DNA from: Candidatus Omnitrophota bacterium
Lineage (GTDB): Bacteria > Omnitrophota > Gorgyraeia > Zapsychrales > Fredricksoniimonadaceae
Length of the DNA: 59,811 nt
Direction: 5' to 3'
Assembly: GCA_013287965.1 (NCBI GenBank)
Contig: JABDCU010000009.1
Span: 1-59,811, forward strand
The notes under the pieces are model-generated. The model saw only the letters and a list, made by a program, of their open reading frames with translations, was not told the origin of the DNA and did no database searches. Shown here one piece after another: positions 18,753-28,590 of this stretch; the stretch's first letter is position 1; the number at the start of each line of letters is the position of its first letter. The position numbers were made by a program, and so were the translations under genes.

Positions 18753-19444
18753 GATTGCTTATATCACTCATTATAACAATGATTTTTATTCCTATTGCCA
18801 TGGCCCAAGATGTGGCCACCGAGCACACTCAACTTTTGAATAATATTGAACTGGTCACAGCGGATTTACGCCAGCTTCAAAGCCTGGAAAACCAGATAGC
18901 CATGATCAAAAACCAGGTGGAAGGACTAAAGTCCGTGGCATCATATCAAAATAATTTCAGCGACATAGACGCGCTAAGGAATAATTTAGCCAATATCACC
19001 AATCAGGGGGCAGCGTTATCAGGTCAAACTCAAGGTCTATTGACACAAATGCGGCAAGAAATCAGTAATTTGCCGGTCAACGGGGCAATGACTGACAGGG
19101 AAAGTTCCATTGACCAAAGCACGATCAATATCCTTCAGAATTCTTTGAATAGGGTCACCCAGGAAAGGCAAAATTATCAACAGGAAACAGGCGCGGTCAA
19201 TGCCTTGATGGCCAAGAATGACCAGGCCGTGGGGCAGACCCAGGCCTTGCAGACTTCCAATGAGATCGCGGCACAAAGCATCGCGCAAATGCAGTCCACC
19301 CGTGAATTATTAAGCGAAAATATTATTGTGCAAGCCGCGACTGCCATGAGAGACATCCAGGAAAGGCAGGACATGATCAATACCATCAATCAAATGATCA
19401 CCTCCAGCGACAACAGCGACAGCAGCACCAACACGGAGAATTGA
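18749..19444 (+). CDS. trbJ: TrbJ/VirB5-like protein
   Basis: Signal peptide; ATEHTQLLNN; AVGQTQALQTSN. Confidence 0.8.
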   Translation: MRLLISLIITMIFIPIAMAQDVATEHTQLLNNIELVTADLRQLQSLENQIAMIKNQVEGLKSVASYQNNFSDIDALRNNLANITNQGAALSGQTQGLLTQMRQEISNLPVNGAMTDRESSIDQSTINILQNSLNRVTQERQNYQQETGAVNALMAKNDQAVGQTQALQTSNEIAAQSIAQMQSTRELLSENIIVQAATAMRDIQERQDMINTINQMITSSDNSDSSTNTEN

Positions 19445-20595
19445 GCATGAATTCCACCATCATGTCCATATTTAACCAGCTCATCGGGCAATACAGCGGC
19501 AGTATCGCGGGCATACAATCAGGGAGCATTGTGCTGGGCAAGGAATTGTTCAATGCCATAGCGCTTTTGTCCGTCGGTCTATTGGGCATCAACCGGTTAT
19601 TGGTGAAAAATGTTGATATGGTTGATTCCAACATAGAGCTGGTGCGCTGGTTGATCTATCTTAATGTTTTTTATCTTTTCATAACCCAATATGATAATTT
19701 CCTTCCTCTGATCATCAATTCTTTTCAGCAAGCGGGCGCTTATTTGGGCGGCCAGGCCGGCGGATCTTACGCGGTGCCTACTCCGGCGAGCATCATCAAT
19801 AATGGTTTTGCCATCGCCTGGAAAATATTTGTCATCGGTTTAAAACAAACGTTACTTATCAATCTTGGCATAACCATGGTTTCTGTGGTGGTCATCGTGG
19901 TGGTTTTATACTGTTTCGGGATGATCGCCATTGAGCTTTTATTGCTTCAGATCGGCAGCCAGATCATTTTGGCGGGAGGTATTTTTTTATTGGCCTTTTC
20001 AGGACTGAAATGGACCAGGGATTACGCGGAGCGTTATGTGCACACCTTTTTTCAGGTGGGAATAAAAATGCTTTTTATGTATGTACTGGTCAGTATCGGC
20101 TCAGGGCTGACCGCTAATTGGGCCCAAACCCTGGACAATATCCCTCTCAATGAGACGTTCCAATATCAATTTGCGATAGTCATGGCCACCTTTGTTTATT
20201 ATGTCCTTTGCCAAAAGTTGCCTGAGCAAGCCACGGTTTATTTTACCGGCAGGTTTCCCATGGGCTTTAACGTTGTGCCTTCACTGCCGGATATTGTCAA
20301 AGGGGCCTATCGTTTAGGAAAACAAGCGGACGAGGCACATACTAAGTCGGAAGCCGGCAGGCAAGGGTATGACAAAGCCAGTGATGCGGCAAGACAGGCG
20401 GCCATCGCGAGTTTTCAGGCCCAGGGCAAAACAGCAAGCTCCCAGGAAATACAAAATGAAACCGTCAAGACTCTTGGGGAAGCCAGAAAAGCGATGAAAC
20501 AGGCTGAATGGGACAAAGAGGTTGACGATACCGAAGGCGGTAAAATAGCGGAGAGTATTTTAGATAATATTCCTAAGCAAGGCCTTAAGCGATGA
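19441..20595 (+). CDS. trbL: TrbL/VirB6 inner-membrane protein
   Basis: Polytopic; TPASIINNG, LAFSGLKWTRDYAERY, VGIK. Confidence 0.85.
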   Translation: MSMNSTIMSIFNQLIGQYSGSIAGIQSGSIVLGKELFNAIALLSVGLLGINRLLVKNVDMVDSNIELVRWLIYLNVFYLFITQYDNFLPLIINSFQQAGAYLGGQAGGSYAVPTPASIINNGFAIAWKIFVIGLKQTLLINLGITMVSVVVIVVVLYCFGMIAIELLLLQIGSQIILAGGIFLLAFSGLKWTRDYAERYVHTFFQVGIKMLFMYVLVSIGSGLTANWAQTLDNIPLNETFQYQFAIVMATFVYYVLCQKLPEQATVYFTGRFPMGFNVVPSLPDIVKGAYRLGKQADEAHTKSEAGRQGYDKASDAARQAAIASFQAQGKTASSQEIQNETVKTLGEARKAMKQAEWDKEVDDTEGGKIAESILDNIPKQGLKR

Positions 20596-21257
20596 ATTCG
20601 AAAACCACTGATCCCTATATCAAAGCCCGGAAAGAATACGACGAGATCACGCATAACATCAATGCCTCAAAACACAATTGGCAGAGAATGGCCTTTGTGT
20701 TAGGGGCTGCCTTGATCATCAGTATCACGAGCAATATCTTGACGATTGGCAAAGCGCACATAGTCCCGTATATCGTCGAGGTGGATAATTTAGGCAGGGC
20801 GCAGGCCATGAATGAAGCCAGGGAGATGCCGTTAAATGATGAACGGATCATCAAGGCTTTTGTGTATCAGTATATTGATATGGCCCGTTCCGTTATATCA
20901 GACCCGGAGGCCTTAAGAAAAGATCTGGGCCAGGTTTATCAAGAATCCATCAAGTCCGTGCAAAGCAATTTTCTGGATGCTTACTACAAGGAGAACAACC
21001 CCTTTGACTACGCGCAAAAAACAGGTACCCGTCATGTTGAATTCCTGGTTTTTTTAAAAGAAGCTGAGAATACCTATTCGGTGGAGTGGCGGGAGATTGA
21101 ACGGAATTATGATAATCAGGTCTTGGGCGAAGCCCATTATAAAGCGTTGATCTCTGTCATTCAAATCCCGCATACTAATGAGGACCAATACAGGGAAAAC
21201 CCGTTAAACCCATTTGGTTTATATGTGACATCATTGTCGTGGGCGAAATTAATGTAA
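20592..21257 (+). CDS. trbF: TrbF/VirB8
   Basis: PYIKARKEYD, NWQRMA, VPYIVEVD, YSVEWRE, NPFGLYV. Confidence 0.88.
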   Translation: MNSKTTDPYIKARKEYDEITHNINASKHNWQRMAFVLGAALIISITSNILTIGKAHIVPYIVEVDNLGRAQAMNEAREMPLNDERIIKAFVYQYIDMARSVISDPEALRKDLGQVYQESIKSVQSNFLDAYYKENNPFDYAQKTGTRHVEFLVFLKEAENTYSVEWREIERNYDNQVLGEAHYKALISVIQIPHTNEDQYRENPLNPFGLYVTSLSWAKLM

Positions 21258-21340
21258 GGCCGTTAATCTAATAAGAATTAAGGTGTCGGCACTTCGAATC
21301 AGAATTAAATGTAATGGAATTATAAAGAAGGGAGTTTATT

Positions 21341-22300
21341 ATGAAAAATCCAATATATGCGTTGATACTGATGACTTTGGCCTTCAGCGGCTGTGCCAGT
21401 GCCCCTGACAAAACTGACATGAAAGTTGATCAGCCCTTGATCCAATTACCGGCCAATGATCCGGGAACTCAAGTGAGATCAGCGGATAGCGACGATATAG
21501 GTTTTGAAGATACAAGCTTGTCCGCAAAAAGAAGACTGCAGGTCTTGACCAATAGAATGGAGATCGATAAACAGACAGATAATTACATTAATAACGGCCA
21601 GGCCGATGTGATCACCAGGCCTGATGGGACAATATTATTTCCTTATGGCTTGGCCCAAGTCAATTTGACCGCCAAAAGGATGATGTACAGCAAAATAGTT
21701 TTGCAGGAAGGAGAAAAAATAATGTCTGCCGCGGCCGGGGATACCACCCGATGGAATATTTTACCGAGTTATATAGGAAATACCTCCTCGTATACACCGG
21801 TCGTCTTGATCAAGCCGTTCATGGGTGGTTTACAGACAAGTTTGTCCATTATTACCGACAAGCGCGACTACGATATTGACATTCGGTCAGTGGATTCAGG
21901 CGATTATATGCCGCGCATCGGTTTTTATTATCCTCAGGACAGGGCCGATGCCATCAATGTGGGATTGCCTCCGGAGAAGATTGAAAATAATGAGAGCAAA
22001 CAGCCCAAGATCAATATTGAAAACATTAGATACGATTACAGGATCAAGGGCGATCAAAGTCTTAGCTGGTATCCGGCGAGTGTTTTTGAGGACGGCAATA
22101 AAGTGTTTATCAGGATGCCGGACCGTGTGGACCGTTCCCAGCTTCCTGTTTTCATGACCATTGACCACAGCGGCCAGACAGAGGTGGTCAATTACCGCTA
22201 TTTTAAGCCCTATTATGTTGTCGATACAATTTTCGACCAAGGCGTGCTGATCCTAGGGACAGATAAATACAGGCAAATTATAAAATTAGTAAGAATATAA
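21341..22300 (+). CDS. trbG: TrbG/VirB9 (lipoprotein)
   Basis: Lipobox FSGC; FPYG, LQEGE, GDTTRW, ITDKRDY, VFEDGNKVFI, VNYR. Confidence 0.88.
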   Translation: MKNPIYALILMTLAFSGCASAPDKTDMKVDQPLIQLPANDPGTQVRSADSDDIGFEDTSLSAKRRLQVLTNRMEIDKQTDNYINNGQADVITRPDGTILFPYGLAQVNLTAKRMMYSKIVLQEGEKIMSAAAGDTTRWNILPSYIGNTSSYTPVVLIKPFMGGLQTSLSIITDKRDYDIDIRSVDSGDYMPRIGFYYPQDRADAINVGLPPEKIENNESKQPKINIENIRYDYRIKGDQSLSWYPASVFEDGNKVFIRMPDRVDRSQLPVFMTIDHSGQTEVVNYRYFKPYYVVDTIFDQGVLILGTDKYRQIIKLVRI

Positions 22301-22302
22301 GA

Positions 22303-23544
22303 ATGTTTAATCAAACGCCTCAGAAAATTATACAAACTAACCGCCTGCCATTTCTAATTGGGATCATTGTTCTCATACTGGTGATGGGGGTGTTCATGTA
22401 TAAAACCCAGATGAACCAAAAAACAGATATAGTTAGGCCCAAGCCCCGGCAATCCATAGATATTTCTCCTAAGGCCACAGAGACCTCTTGGTTTAATGAT
22501 GAAAAATTCAGGAATATAAGAATTAATAATGAATCTGTCCTGCACAAGCCAACAGCTCAAGAGATCGCCGCCCGGATCATTTCTAAAGAAGATTACTTGA
22601 CCGATTTGGAGATCAAAAAGATCGAGGACAAGAACAGGATCGATGAAAAAAAGCTCGAATTAGAGGCCATGAGGTCCCCGTTGAGTGTGGATGTTCCGCC
22701 CCCGCCCGGGACCAAGGCAGTAAGTAAAGAAAAACAATCAAGCAAGGACGACCTAACAAGCGGTTTGAATGAAATAACGAATATGGTCAGATCAATGACA
22801 GCTGCTAAGATGCCTGCTTTAACGGCACTGGGAGTTGGGTTGGCCGCCAATATCAACAATCAGGATGACAAGCATGCCTTCTTGAAAAAAACTGATCAGG
22901 ATGATGATTATCTCGCAAATTCTAAAAAGAAACCCCGTTCCCCCTATGAAGTTAAAGCAGGGACCTATATACCGGCGGCCCTGATAACCGGGATCAATTC
23001 AGATTTACCGGGGAGTGTTAATGCCCAGGTCACGGAAAATATCTATGACACAGTCACAGGCAATTATCTTTTGATCCCGCAAGGCGCAAAATTAGTCGGA
23101 GAATATAACAGTAATTTGACCTTTGGCCAGCAGCGCGTGCAGGTGGTGTGGAACAGGATCATCTTTCCGGATGGAGCGAGCCTTGACCTTGAAAAAATGC
23201 AGGGCGTGGATATTGCCGGCTTTTCAGGGTTCCATGACAAGGTGGACAATCATTATCTAAGGATCTACGGCAACGCGGTACTGCTGAGTTTAATGGGGGC
23301 CGGCTATGACATTTTAAACCAAAATACCCAGCAACAGCAGGGATACGGAAATCCCCGCGACATTATTGCTGCCAACGTTGGCCAGAAGCTGTCGGATGTA
23401 AGCTCTCAGACCTTACAGAAAAATATGGATGTCCAGCCGACATTGGTCATTGATCCGGGCTATAAATTCAAGATCATCGTCATGAAAGACATGGTGCTGG
23501 AAAATATCCAAGATGCTCAGGGAACACTCTCGTACACAGAATAA
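22303..23544 (+). CDS. trbI: TrbI/VirB10
   Basis: SPYEVKAGTYIPAALITGINSDLPG, LIPQGAKLVG, WNRIIFPDG, DKVDNHY, QPTL. Confidence 0.92.
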   Translation: MFNQTPQKIIQTNRLPFLIGIIVLILVMGVFMYKTQMNQKTDIVRPKPRQSIDISPKATETSWFNDEKFRNIRINNESVLHKPTAQEIAARIISKEDYLTDLEIKKIEDKNRIDEKKLELEAMRSPLSVDVPPPPGTKAVSKEKQSSKDDLTSGLNEITNMVRSMTAAKMPALTALGVGLAANINNQDDKHAFLKKTDQDDDYLANSKKKPRSPYEVKAGTYIPAALITGINSDLPGSVNAQVTENIYDTVTGNYLLIPQGAKLVGEYNSNLTFGQQRVQVVWNRIIFPDGASLDLEKMQGVDIAGFSGFHDKVDNHYLRIYGNAVLLSLMGAGYDILNQNTQQQQGYGNPRDIIAANVGQKLSDVSSQTLQKNMDVQPTLVIDPGYKFKIIVMKDMVLENIQDAQGTLSYTE

Positions 23545-24478
23545 ACTAAAGCAGGACTTAGGCCCGCTTGTCTTATCAGCGCTTTCGGATGACAGGATCT
23601 ATGAGGTCTTACTTAATCCTGACGGGACCCTGTGGGTTGACGGCTATCAGGGGAAACGCGAATATGGAGTGATGTCCGCGGCAGCGGCCAAGAACCTGAT
23701 CAATACAGTGGCGAGTGTGGCGGATGAAATGATCACTTCCAAGAACCCAAGTTTTGCGGGTGAACTCTGGGTGGAGATCGATGAGGAATTCAAATTATTC
23801 CGCTTTCAGGCTTTCATACCGCCGGTAGTGACCTATCCTGCCTTTGCGATCAGAAAACGCGCTGGCCAGGTGGTCCCTTTGCAGGATTACGTTAAAGATG
23901 AGATCATCACCCCGCGGCAGGAGAAAATAATAAAAGAGTCCGTGAACGCAAGAAAGTCCATTTTAGTCGTCGGGGGAACGCAATCAGGCAAAACAACATT
24001 TTGTAACGCAATTTTAGACTGCATCGCCCAAACACATCCGCAAGACCGGGTGATCATCATTGAAGACACGCAAGAGCTTAAATGTAATGTTAAAGACTCG
24101 GTGACCATGCGGGCATCTCCTTCAAAAACCATGAACGATTTGATTTTCGATTCAATGCGCATGAGGCCTGACAGGATCATTATTGGTGAAGTTCGTGGAA
24201 AAGAAGCGCATTCCTTGATAAAATCCTGGAATACCGGGCACCCGGGCGGATTGAGCACTATCCATGCTAATTCCGCTGAAAGCGGACTTTTAAGGTTGGA
24301 ACAATTAATTATGGAAGCAGGTGTGGCCCCTGTGCCTGAAGCGATCGCGGAAGCTGTCAATCTGCTGGTCTTTATAGAGAAGACAAATAAAGGCAAAAAG
24401 GGCAGGCAGGTGACTTCGGTCTTAGAATTGAAAGGGTATGACAAAAAAAAGGGATACTTAACCCAAGAAGCGGGATAA
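23513..24478 (+). CDS. trbB: TrbB/VirB11 ATPase
   Basis: EVLLNPDG, GGTQSGKT, IEDTQEL, RPDRIIIGEVRG, WNTGHPGGLSTIHANS. Confidence 0.92.
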   Translation: MLREHSRTQNKLKQDLGPLVLSALSDDRIYEVLLNPDGTLWVDGYQGKREYGVMSAAAAKNLINTVASVADEMITSKNPSFAGELWVEIDEEFKLFRFQAFIPPVVTYPAFAIRKRAGQVVPLQDYVKDEIITPRQEKIIKESVNARKSILVVGGTQSGKTTFCNAILDCIAQTHPQDRVIIIEDTQELKCNVKDSVTMRASPSKTMNDLIFDSMRMRPDRIIIGEVRGKEAHSLIKSWNTGHPGGLSTIHANSAESGLLRLEQLIMEAGVAPVPEAIAEAVNLLVFIEKTNKGKKGRQVTSVLELKGYDKKKGYLTQEAG

Positions 24479-24960
24479 TGAAAAAATATACATTATTCTT
24501 CATATTGTTTTTGATATTTTCCAGGGCGGGTTTGGGGGCGGACAGCTCCCATGTAAACTATTTCAGTGATTATATTAATTCGCCTAAAGCCCCTGTTGTC
24601 AATGCGGCCGATAACAGTGTCAGCCCCAATAATGCAACGAACAATGAGGTCAGTAAGAATTCGGATGAAACGGGCCCCACTGCGGCATTGCAAGGGATCC
24701 CTGCTCAATGGAAAGCATGCACCATTGATAGTGATTGCACAGCCGGAGTGGTTGATTGCATGTCCTGGCAGCCGCTAAATAAAAAATATTTACATAAGCT
24801 GGTTAAAGATCTGGATCCTTGTTTGTCCTCTGTTGATCCCGGTTTCCAGCCGCAGGCGGTTTGCATTAATAAGGCCTGTCAAACAACAGATAAAAGCACT
24901 GATGTTACATGGGAAGAGTGGCTTAGTGAAATGCGTAAAGTGCCTAAAAACACCCCATGA
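24478..24960 (+). CDS. Secreted cysteine-rich hypothetical protein coupled to trbB
   Basis: TAATG stop/start overlap; signal peptide; six Cys (CTIDSDC..DC..PC..CINKAC). Confidence 0.7.
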   Translation: MKKYTLFFILFLIFSRAGLGADSSHVNYFSDYINSPKAPVVNAADNSVSPNNATNNEVSKNSDETGPTAALQGIPAQWKACTIDSDCTAGVVDCMSWQPLNKKYLHKLVKDLDPCLSSVDPGFQPQAVCINKACQTTDKSTDVTWEEWLSEMRKVPKNTP

Positions 24961-24987
24961 AACTTTTTGATGGTCCGCGTTGTCTAA
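24958..24987 (+). promoter_or_regulatory. Putative ECF-sigma (RpoE-like) promoter
   Basis: TGAAACTT-N16-GTCTAA upstream of 25044. Confidence 0.4.
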
Positions 24988-25043
24988 ATTAATGAAGGGC
25001 AGGCAGTTTTATATGGTAGAATAATTTAGGCAAGGAGATCCAT

Positions 25044-25517
25044 ATGAGAAATGCACTTAGAATATCATTTGCTGTTTTGATCATAAGCCTGTTCATCATG
25101 CGGCCTGCTTCATCTTATGCGGATGGGCACCATGACGGGGATGGGCACAGTCACGATGGGGGTGGTCATGGTCACGATGGGGGTTGGCATGGTCGTGATG
25201 AGGGTTGGCACGGCCATCATGATCATTCCTATATTGGCGTTGGTTTTTCTATGTGGCCGGATGATTATTATTACAGCGCCCCTTATTACCCGCCACCGGA
25301 TGAGGTGCTTGTTTCTCCACCAGTAACGGTAGTCCAGCCGCCGACGGTCATTGAGCCTGAGGCCCCGGATTCATTTACCATTAATATTCCCAATAAGCAG
25401 GGCGGCTATACGGCTGTCACTCTTAGAAGATCAGGAAGCGGTTTTATAGGGCCGCAGGGAGAATTCTACACGCAATTCCCCACGGTCTATCAGTTACAAA
25501 CCATTTACGGAAAATAG
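25044..25517 (+). CDS. Secreted His/Gly-rich, Pro/Tyr-rich protein
   Basis: SD AAGGAG; signal peptide; HDG repeats; YYPPP; C-terminal GFIGPQGEFY. Confidence 0.75.
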   Translation: MRNALRISFAVLIISLFIMRPASSYADGHHDGDGHSHDGGGHGHDGGWHGRDEGWHGHHDHSYIGVGFSMWPDDYYYSAPYYPPPDEVLVSPPVTVVQPPTVIEPEAPDSFTINIPNKQGGYTAVTLRRSGSGFIGPQGEFYTQFPTVYQLQTIYGK

Positions 25518-26959
25518 TGAAACTACCTTCCCATAAAACAAAAATTGTCTGTACGATCGGCCCCGCCTCGTCTTCTTTATCCAAGCTTGAAGGGATGATC
25601 GAAAGCGGGATGAACGTGGCCCGCCTTAACGGCTCGCATGGGGAATTCAAGGAGCACGCCCAAAATATCCGTAATATCCGTGCTGCCGCCTCCAAAATAC
25701 AGCGCATGGTCAGCATCCTGATTGACCTTCCCGGCGTCAAAATGCGCATCGGCATCCTCCGGAATAATTCAGTGATGCTTAAAAAAGGCGGGGACGTGGT
25801 GCTGACGACCAGGAATGTCCTGGGCACCCAGGAGCTCATCCCCGTTGAGTATAAAGAGCTTCCTAAAAGTGTTTCTAAAGGCACGATCATTTTTCTTAAT
25901 GACGGGTTTATCCAATTAAAAGTAGAAAAAATTTCCGGCCGTAATGTGTTTTGCAAGGTCTTGATCGGAGGAAAACTCACGACACATAAAGGGCTTAATT
26001 TGCCCGGAGTGAAATTAAACATCAATCCGATCACTGACAAAGACCTGAAAATAGTCGATTTTGGGTTAAAACACGGGGTCAATGTTTTTGGCCTTTCCTT
26101 TGTTGAGGGCCCTAAGGACATTATTAAAGTCAGGGAATTTGCCCAAAGGAGGGGCCATCATGTTTATTTGGTGGCCAAGATCGAGCGTGGGGCAGCGATA
26201 GAGAATTTTGATGAGATCCTCAAAGCCGCGGACGCGGTGATGATCGCGCGCGGGGACCTGGGTGTTGAGATCCCCATTGAAGAAGTGCCGGGCGTCCAAA
26301 AACGGCTGATCCAAAAAGCCAATATCATGGGGCGTCCCGTGATCACTGCCACCCAAATGCTGGAATCCATGACCCAGAATGTGCGTCCGACCCGCGCGGA
26401 AGTCAATGACGTGGCCAATGCCATTTTAGACGGTACAGATGCCATCATGCTCTCGCAGGAAACAGCCATCGGCGATTATCCCGTTGAAACCGTGCGTATG
26501 ATGGCCAAAATTGCCGTGACCACTGAACGTCAGCGCGATGAGGGGCAGTTGTCCGATGCGGCAGGCAGGCAAATAAGTAACAGGGTCATCCAGAATTGGG
26601 GGTTGACCATTACGGATATCACCGCCTTGAACGCTTTTCGCGTGACACAGGAACTGGATGTCCGTTATATACTGACGCCGACGACCAGCGGGAGCACGGC
26701 CAGGCGGATCTCCCGGTTCAAGCCGCATTGCTGGGTATTGTCTTTTAGCGCGAGCGCCCAGGTTTGCGACTTTTTAAATTTTTCTTACGGGGTACAGCCG
26801 TTCTTTTTAAATAAAAAGATCACCCATGATCCTCATGCGATACTTAAAAATCTTAAAAAATGCCATCTTCTTAAAAAAGGCGATACGGTGATCTTGACCG
26901 AACGCAGATTATCTCCTCATCCAGGGGACACGGATTCATTAGGGATAGTCACTTTATAG
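25517..26959 (+). CDS. pyk: Pyruvate kinase
   Basis: KTKIVCTIGPAS, ARLNGSHG, AKIE, MIARGDLGVE, ATQMLESM, DGTDAIMLS; GTG start. Confidence 0.97.
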   Translation: MKLPSHKTKIVCTIGPASSSLSKLEGMIESGMNVARLNGSHGEFKEHAQNIRNIRAAASKIQRMVSILIDLPGVKMRIGILRNNSVMLKKGGDVVLTTRNVLGTQELIPVEYKELPKSVSKGTIIFLNDGFIQLKVEKISGRNVFCKVLIGGKLTTHKGLNLPGVKLNINPITDKDLKIVDFGLKHGVNVFGLSFVEGPKDIIKVREFAQRRGHHVYLVAKIERGAAIENFDEILKAADAVMIARGDLGVEIPIEEVPGVQKRLIQKANIMGRPVITATQMLESMTQNVRPTRAEVNDVANAILDGTDAIMLSQETAIGDYPVETVRMMAKIAVTTERQRDEGQLSDAAGRQISNRVIQNWGLTITDITALNAFRVTQELDVRYILTPTTSGSTARRISRFKPHCWVLSFSASAQVCDFLNFSYGVQPFFLNKKITHDPHAILKNLKKCHLLKKGDTVILTERRLSPHPGDTDSLGIVTL

Positions 26960-28590
26960 CTGGAGTAGGCATCCACGCGCTGGTCGATCATCCGTTCGAT
27001 AAATCCAAACATGTGCTGACGCACCCTGTCCTTAAGAGGGGAATTGTCCCATTGAAAATTCATCCGGTGCAGGTCGCCGGAAAGGCTGAATTCAAAAGGT
27101 AACGTCCATGCCCCACTGACCAAACCGATCAGCCTGCGGCCAAGGGGAGATTCGCCAAGAAGTTTTTGGGAGAAACGCAGGGAATTACGGCTTGAAACCA
27201 GGTCATCCGCGTCAAGATGGAAAAATCCGCTTAATTCAAAATCTTCCGTGTTCAGCTTCAGGTCATCCAGCATTTTTAGTTTCCCGTTGATCGTAAAACG
27301 ACTGGATATGTCCGCATTGGACACATGGCCCAAAGAGGGCATTTGCAAGGTCTTTGCCATCCACTGTTGGAGATCAGAACCGTTAAAATTACCATGATGT
27401 AATGCTACGCTGCCCGTGAGCTCCATATCTTGCGGTGCCTGCAGCTTGAACTTGCCGGATAAAAGACCATGGCCTGCCATGTCTATCCCTTCAAATTGGC
27501 CCTGACCTTTGACCTGCCAGGGCACGGAAGCGGTATTCAAGAAAATACGTCCATGCAAATGCCCCGCGTATATTTTAGCGGATAAAGCGATGTCTTCCTG
27601 GTCGGGATTAACAAGATGGATGCTGGCCCAAAGGTCCTCAAGAGGGAGCCTGTATTCATTACCATGGATTGAAAAGTTGCTTTGCATCTGTTTTATCCTT
27701 AATTTGAGCAAATGGCCATTGATGATCCGGGCCATTAGGTCTTTGAAAGCCAAATGCGCGTTTTGCAGATCAAAGGTCCCTTTAAACACAAGTCCTTGCC
27801 TGGTATTGTGGGCATAAAAATGCAGGCGGGTATTTTTAAAAGTGACATCAGCCTCGCATTGAAAAAAATCTTGTCTTAAAAAATGCCCGGAGGCAGTGAC
27901 ATTGTCGCCATTAAGGGAAAAGGTGAGTTTTTTAAGGACAATGTCCTTGCCTTGTGCGTTTAAATTCCCATCAATATCCAGGATATAAAACTTGTCATAA
28001 AAAATAAATCCCTTCCAATCGATGCTATGGGCATGCCATCTGCCCCATAGGTCCAGGGAAGACTGGAGGCCCCAAGACCCATGGGCACTGAAGCTGCCTT
28101 GGTCAAGACGAAGGTCCATTTTAAAGCCAATAGGGTCTCCGTTGGCAAGGCCGTGGGGGTAGAATTGTCCGTTAGACACAAGAAGCCGTATATTTTCCGG
28201 GGGAAGCCCTTTGGTCCTTGCGTATATTTTATTGCCGTACCAGACCCAATAATTTTTTAAGGCAGGTAGATCAATGGCCATGCCATCAATGGCTATATTA
28301 TTTAAAACCCCCACCGTTACCCGGGATGCCTGCAGCATAGGGCTTTTTTTATCAGGGCTGAATATTTTTACATTTTTTAAAATAATGGAGTTGGGAAAGT
28401 GGTAATGGACTGTTTCAAAAGTTATTTTTGTTTGGTACCCTTGGCCGATCGCATTGGCAAGGGCCAGGGAATAGGGGGTAAGCCAGCGATTGACCTGGAA
28501 ATCAAAAGCAGTCCCCATCGCACCGGTCACCAGCAGGATGAGGATTGTGTATTTCCATTTAAAGAGAAACCTTTGTAAATAGTTGGCCAT
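26917..28590 (-). CDS. AsmA/TamB-like beta-rich membrane-anchored hypothetical protein
   Basis: N-terminal TM followed by long amphipathic beta strands; start 28590 or 28596; 3' end overlaps pyk by 43 bp. Confidence 0.55.
   Translation of the reverse strand: MANYLQRFLFKWKYTILILLVTGAMGTAFDFQVNRWLTPYSLALANAIGQGYQTKITFETVHYHFPNSIILKNVKIFSPDKKSPMLQASRVTVGVLNNIAIDGMAIDLPALKNYWVWYGNKIYARTKGLPPENIRLLVSNGQFYPHGLANGDPIGFKMDLRLDQGSFSAHGSWGLQSSLDLWGRWHAHSIDWKGFIFYDKFYILDIDGNLNAQGKDIVLKKLTFSLNGDNVTASGHFLRQDFFQCEADVTFKNTRLHFYAHNTRQGLVFKGTFDLQNAHLAFKDLMARIINGHLLKLRIKQMQSNFSIHGNEYRLPLEDLWASIHLVNPDQEDIALSAKIYAGHLHGRIFLNTASVPWQVKGQGQFEGIDMAGHGLLSGKFKLQAPQDMELTGSVALHHGNFNGSDLQQWMAKTLQMPSLGHVSNADISSRFTINGKLKMLDDLKLNTEDFELSGFFHLDADDLVSSRNSLRFSQKLLGESPLGRRLIGLVSGAWTLPFEFSLSGDLHRMNFQWDNSPLKDRVRQHMFGFIERMIDQRVDAYSSYKVTIPNESVSPG

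Noticed and set aside
15719-24478. Complete ICE or conjugative plasmid
   Set aside because: No integrase, relaxase, coupling protein, rep gene or flanking direct repeats are visible in the window
26917-26959. 43 bp convergent overlap of pyk and the AsmA-like gene as a special feature
   Set aside because: Short 3' overlaps are common in compact genomes and there is no further signal
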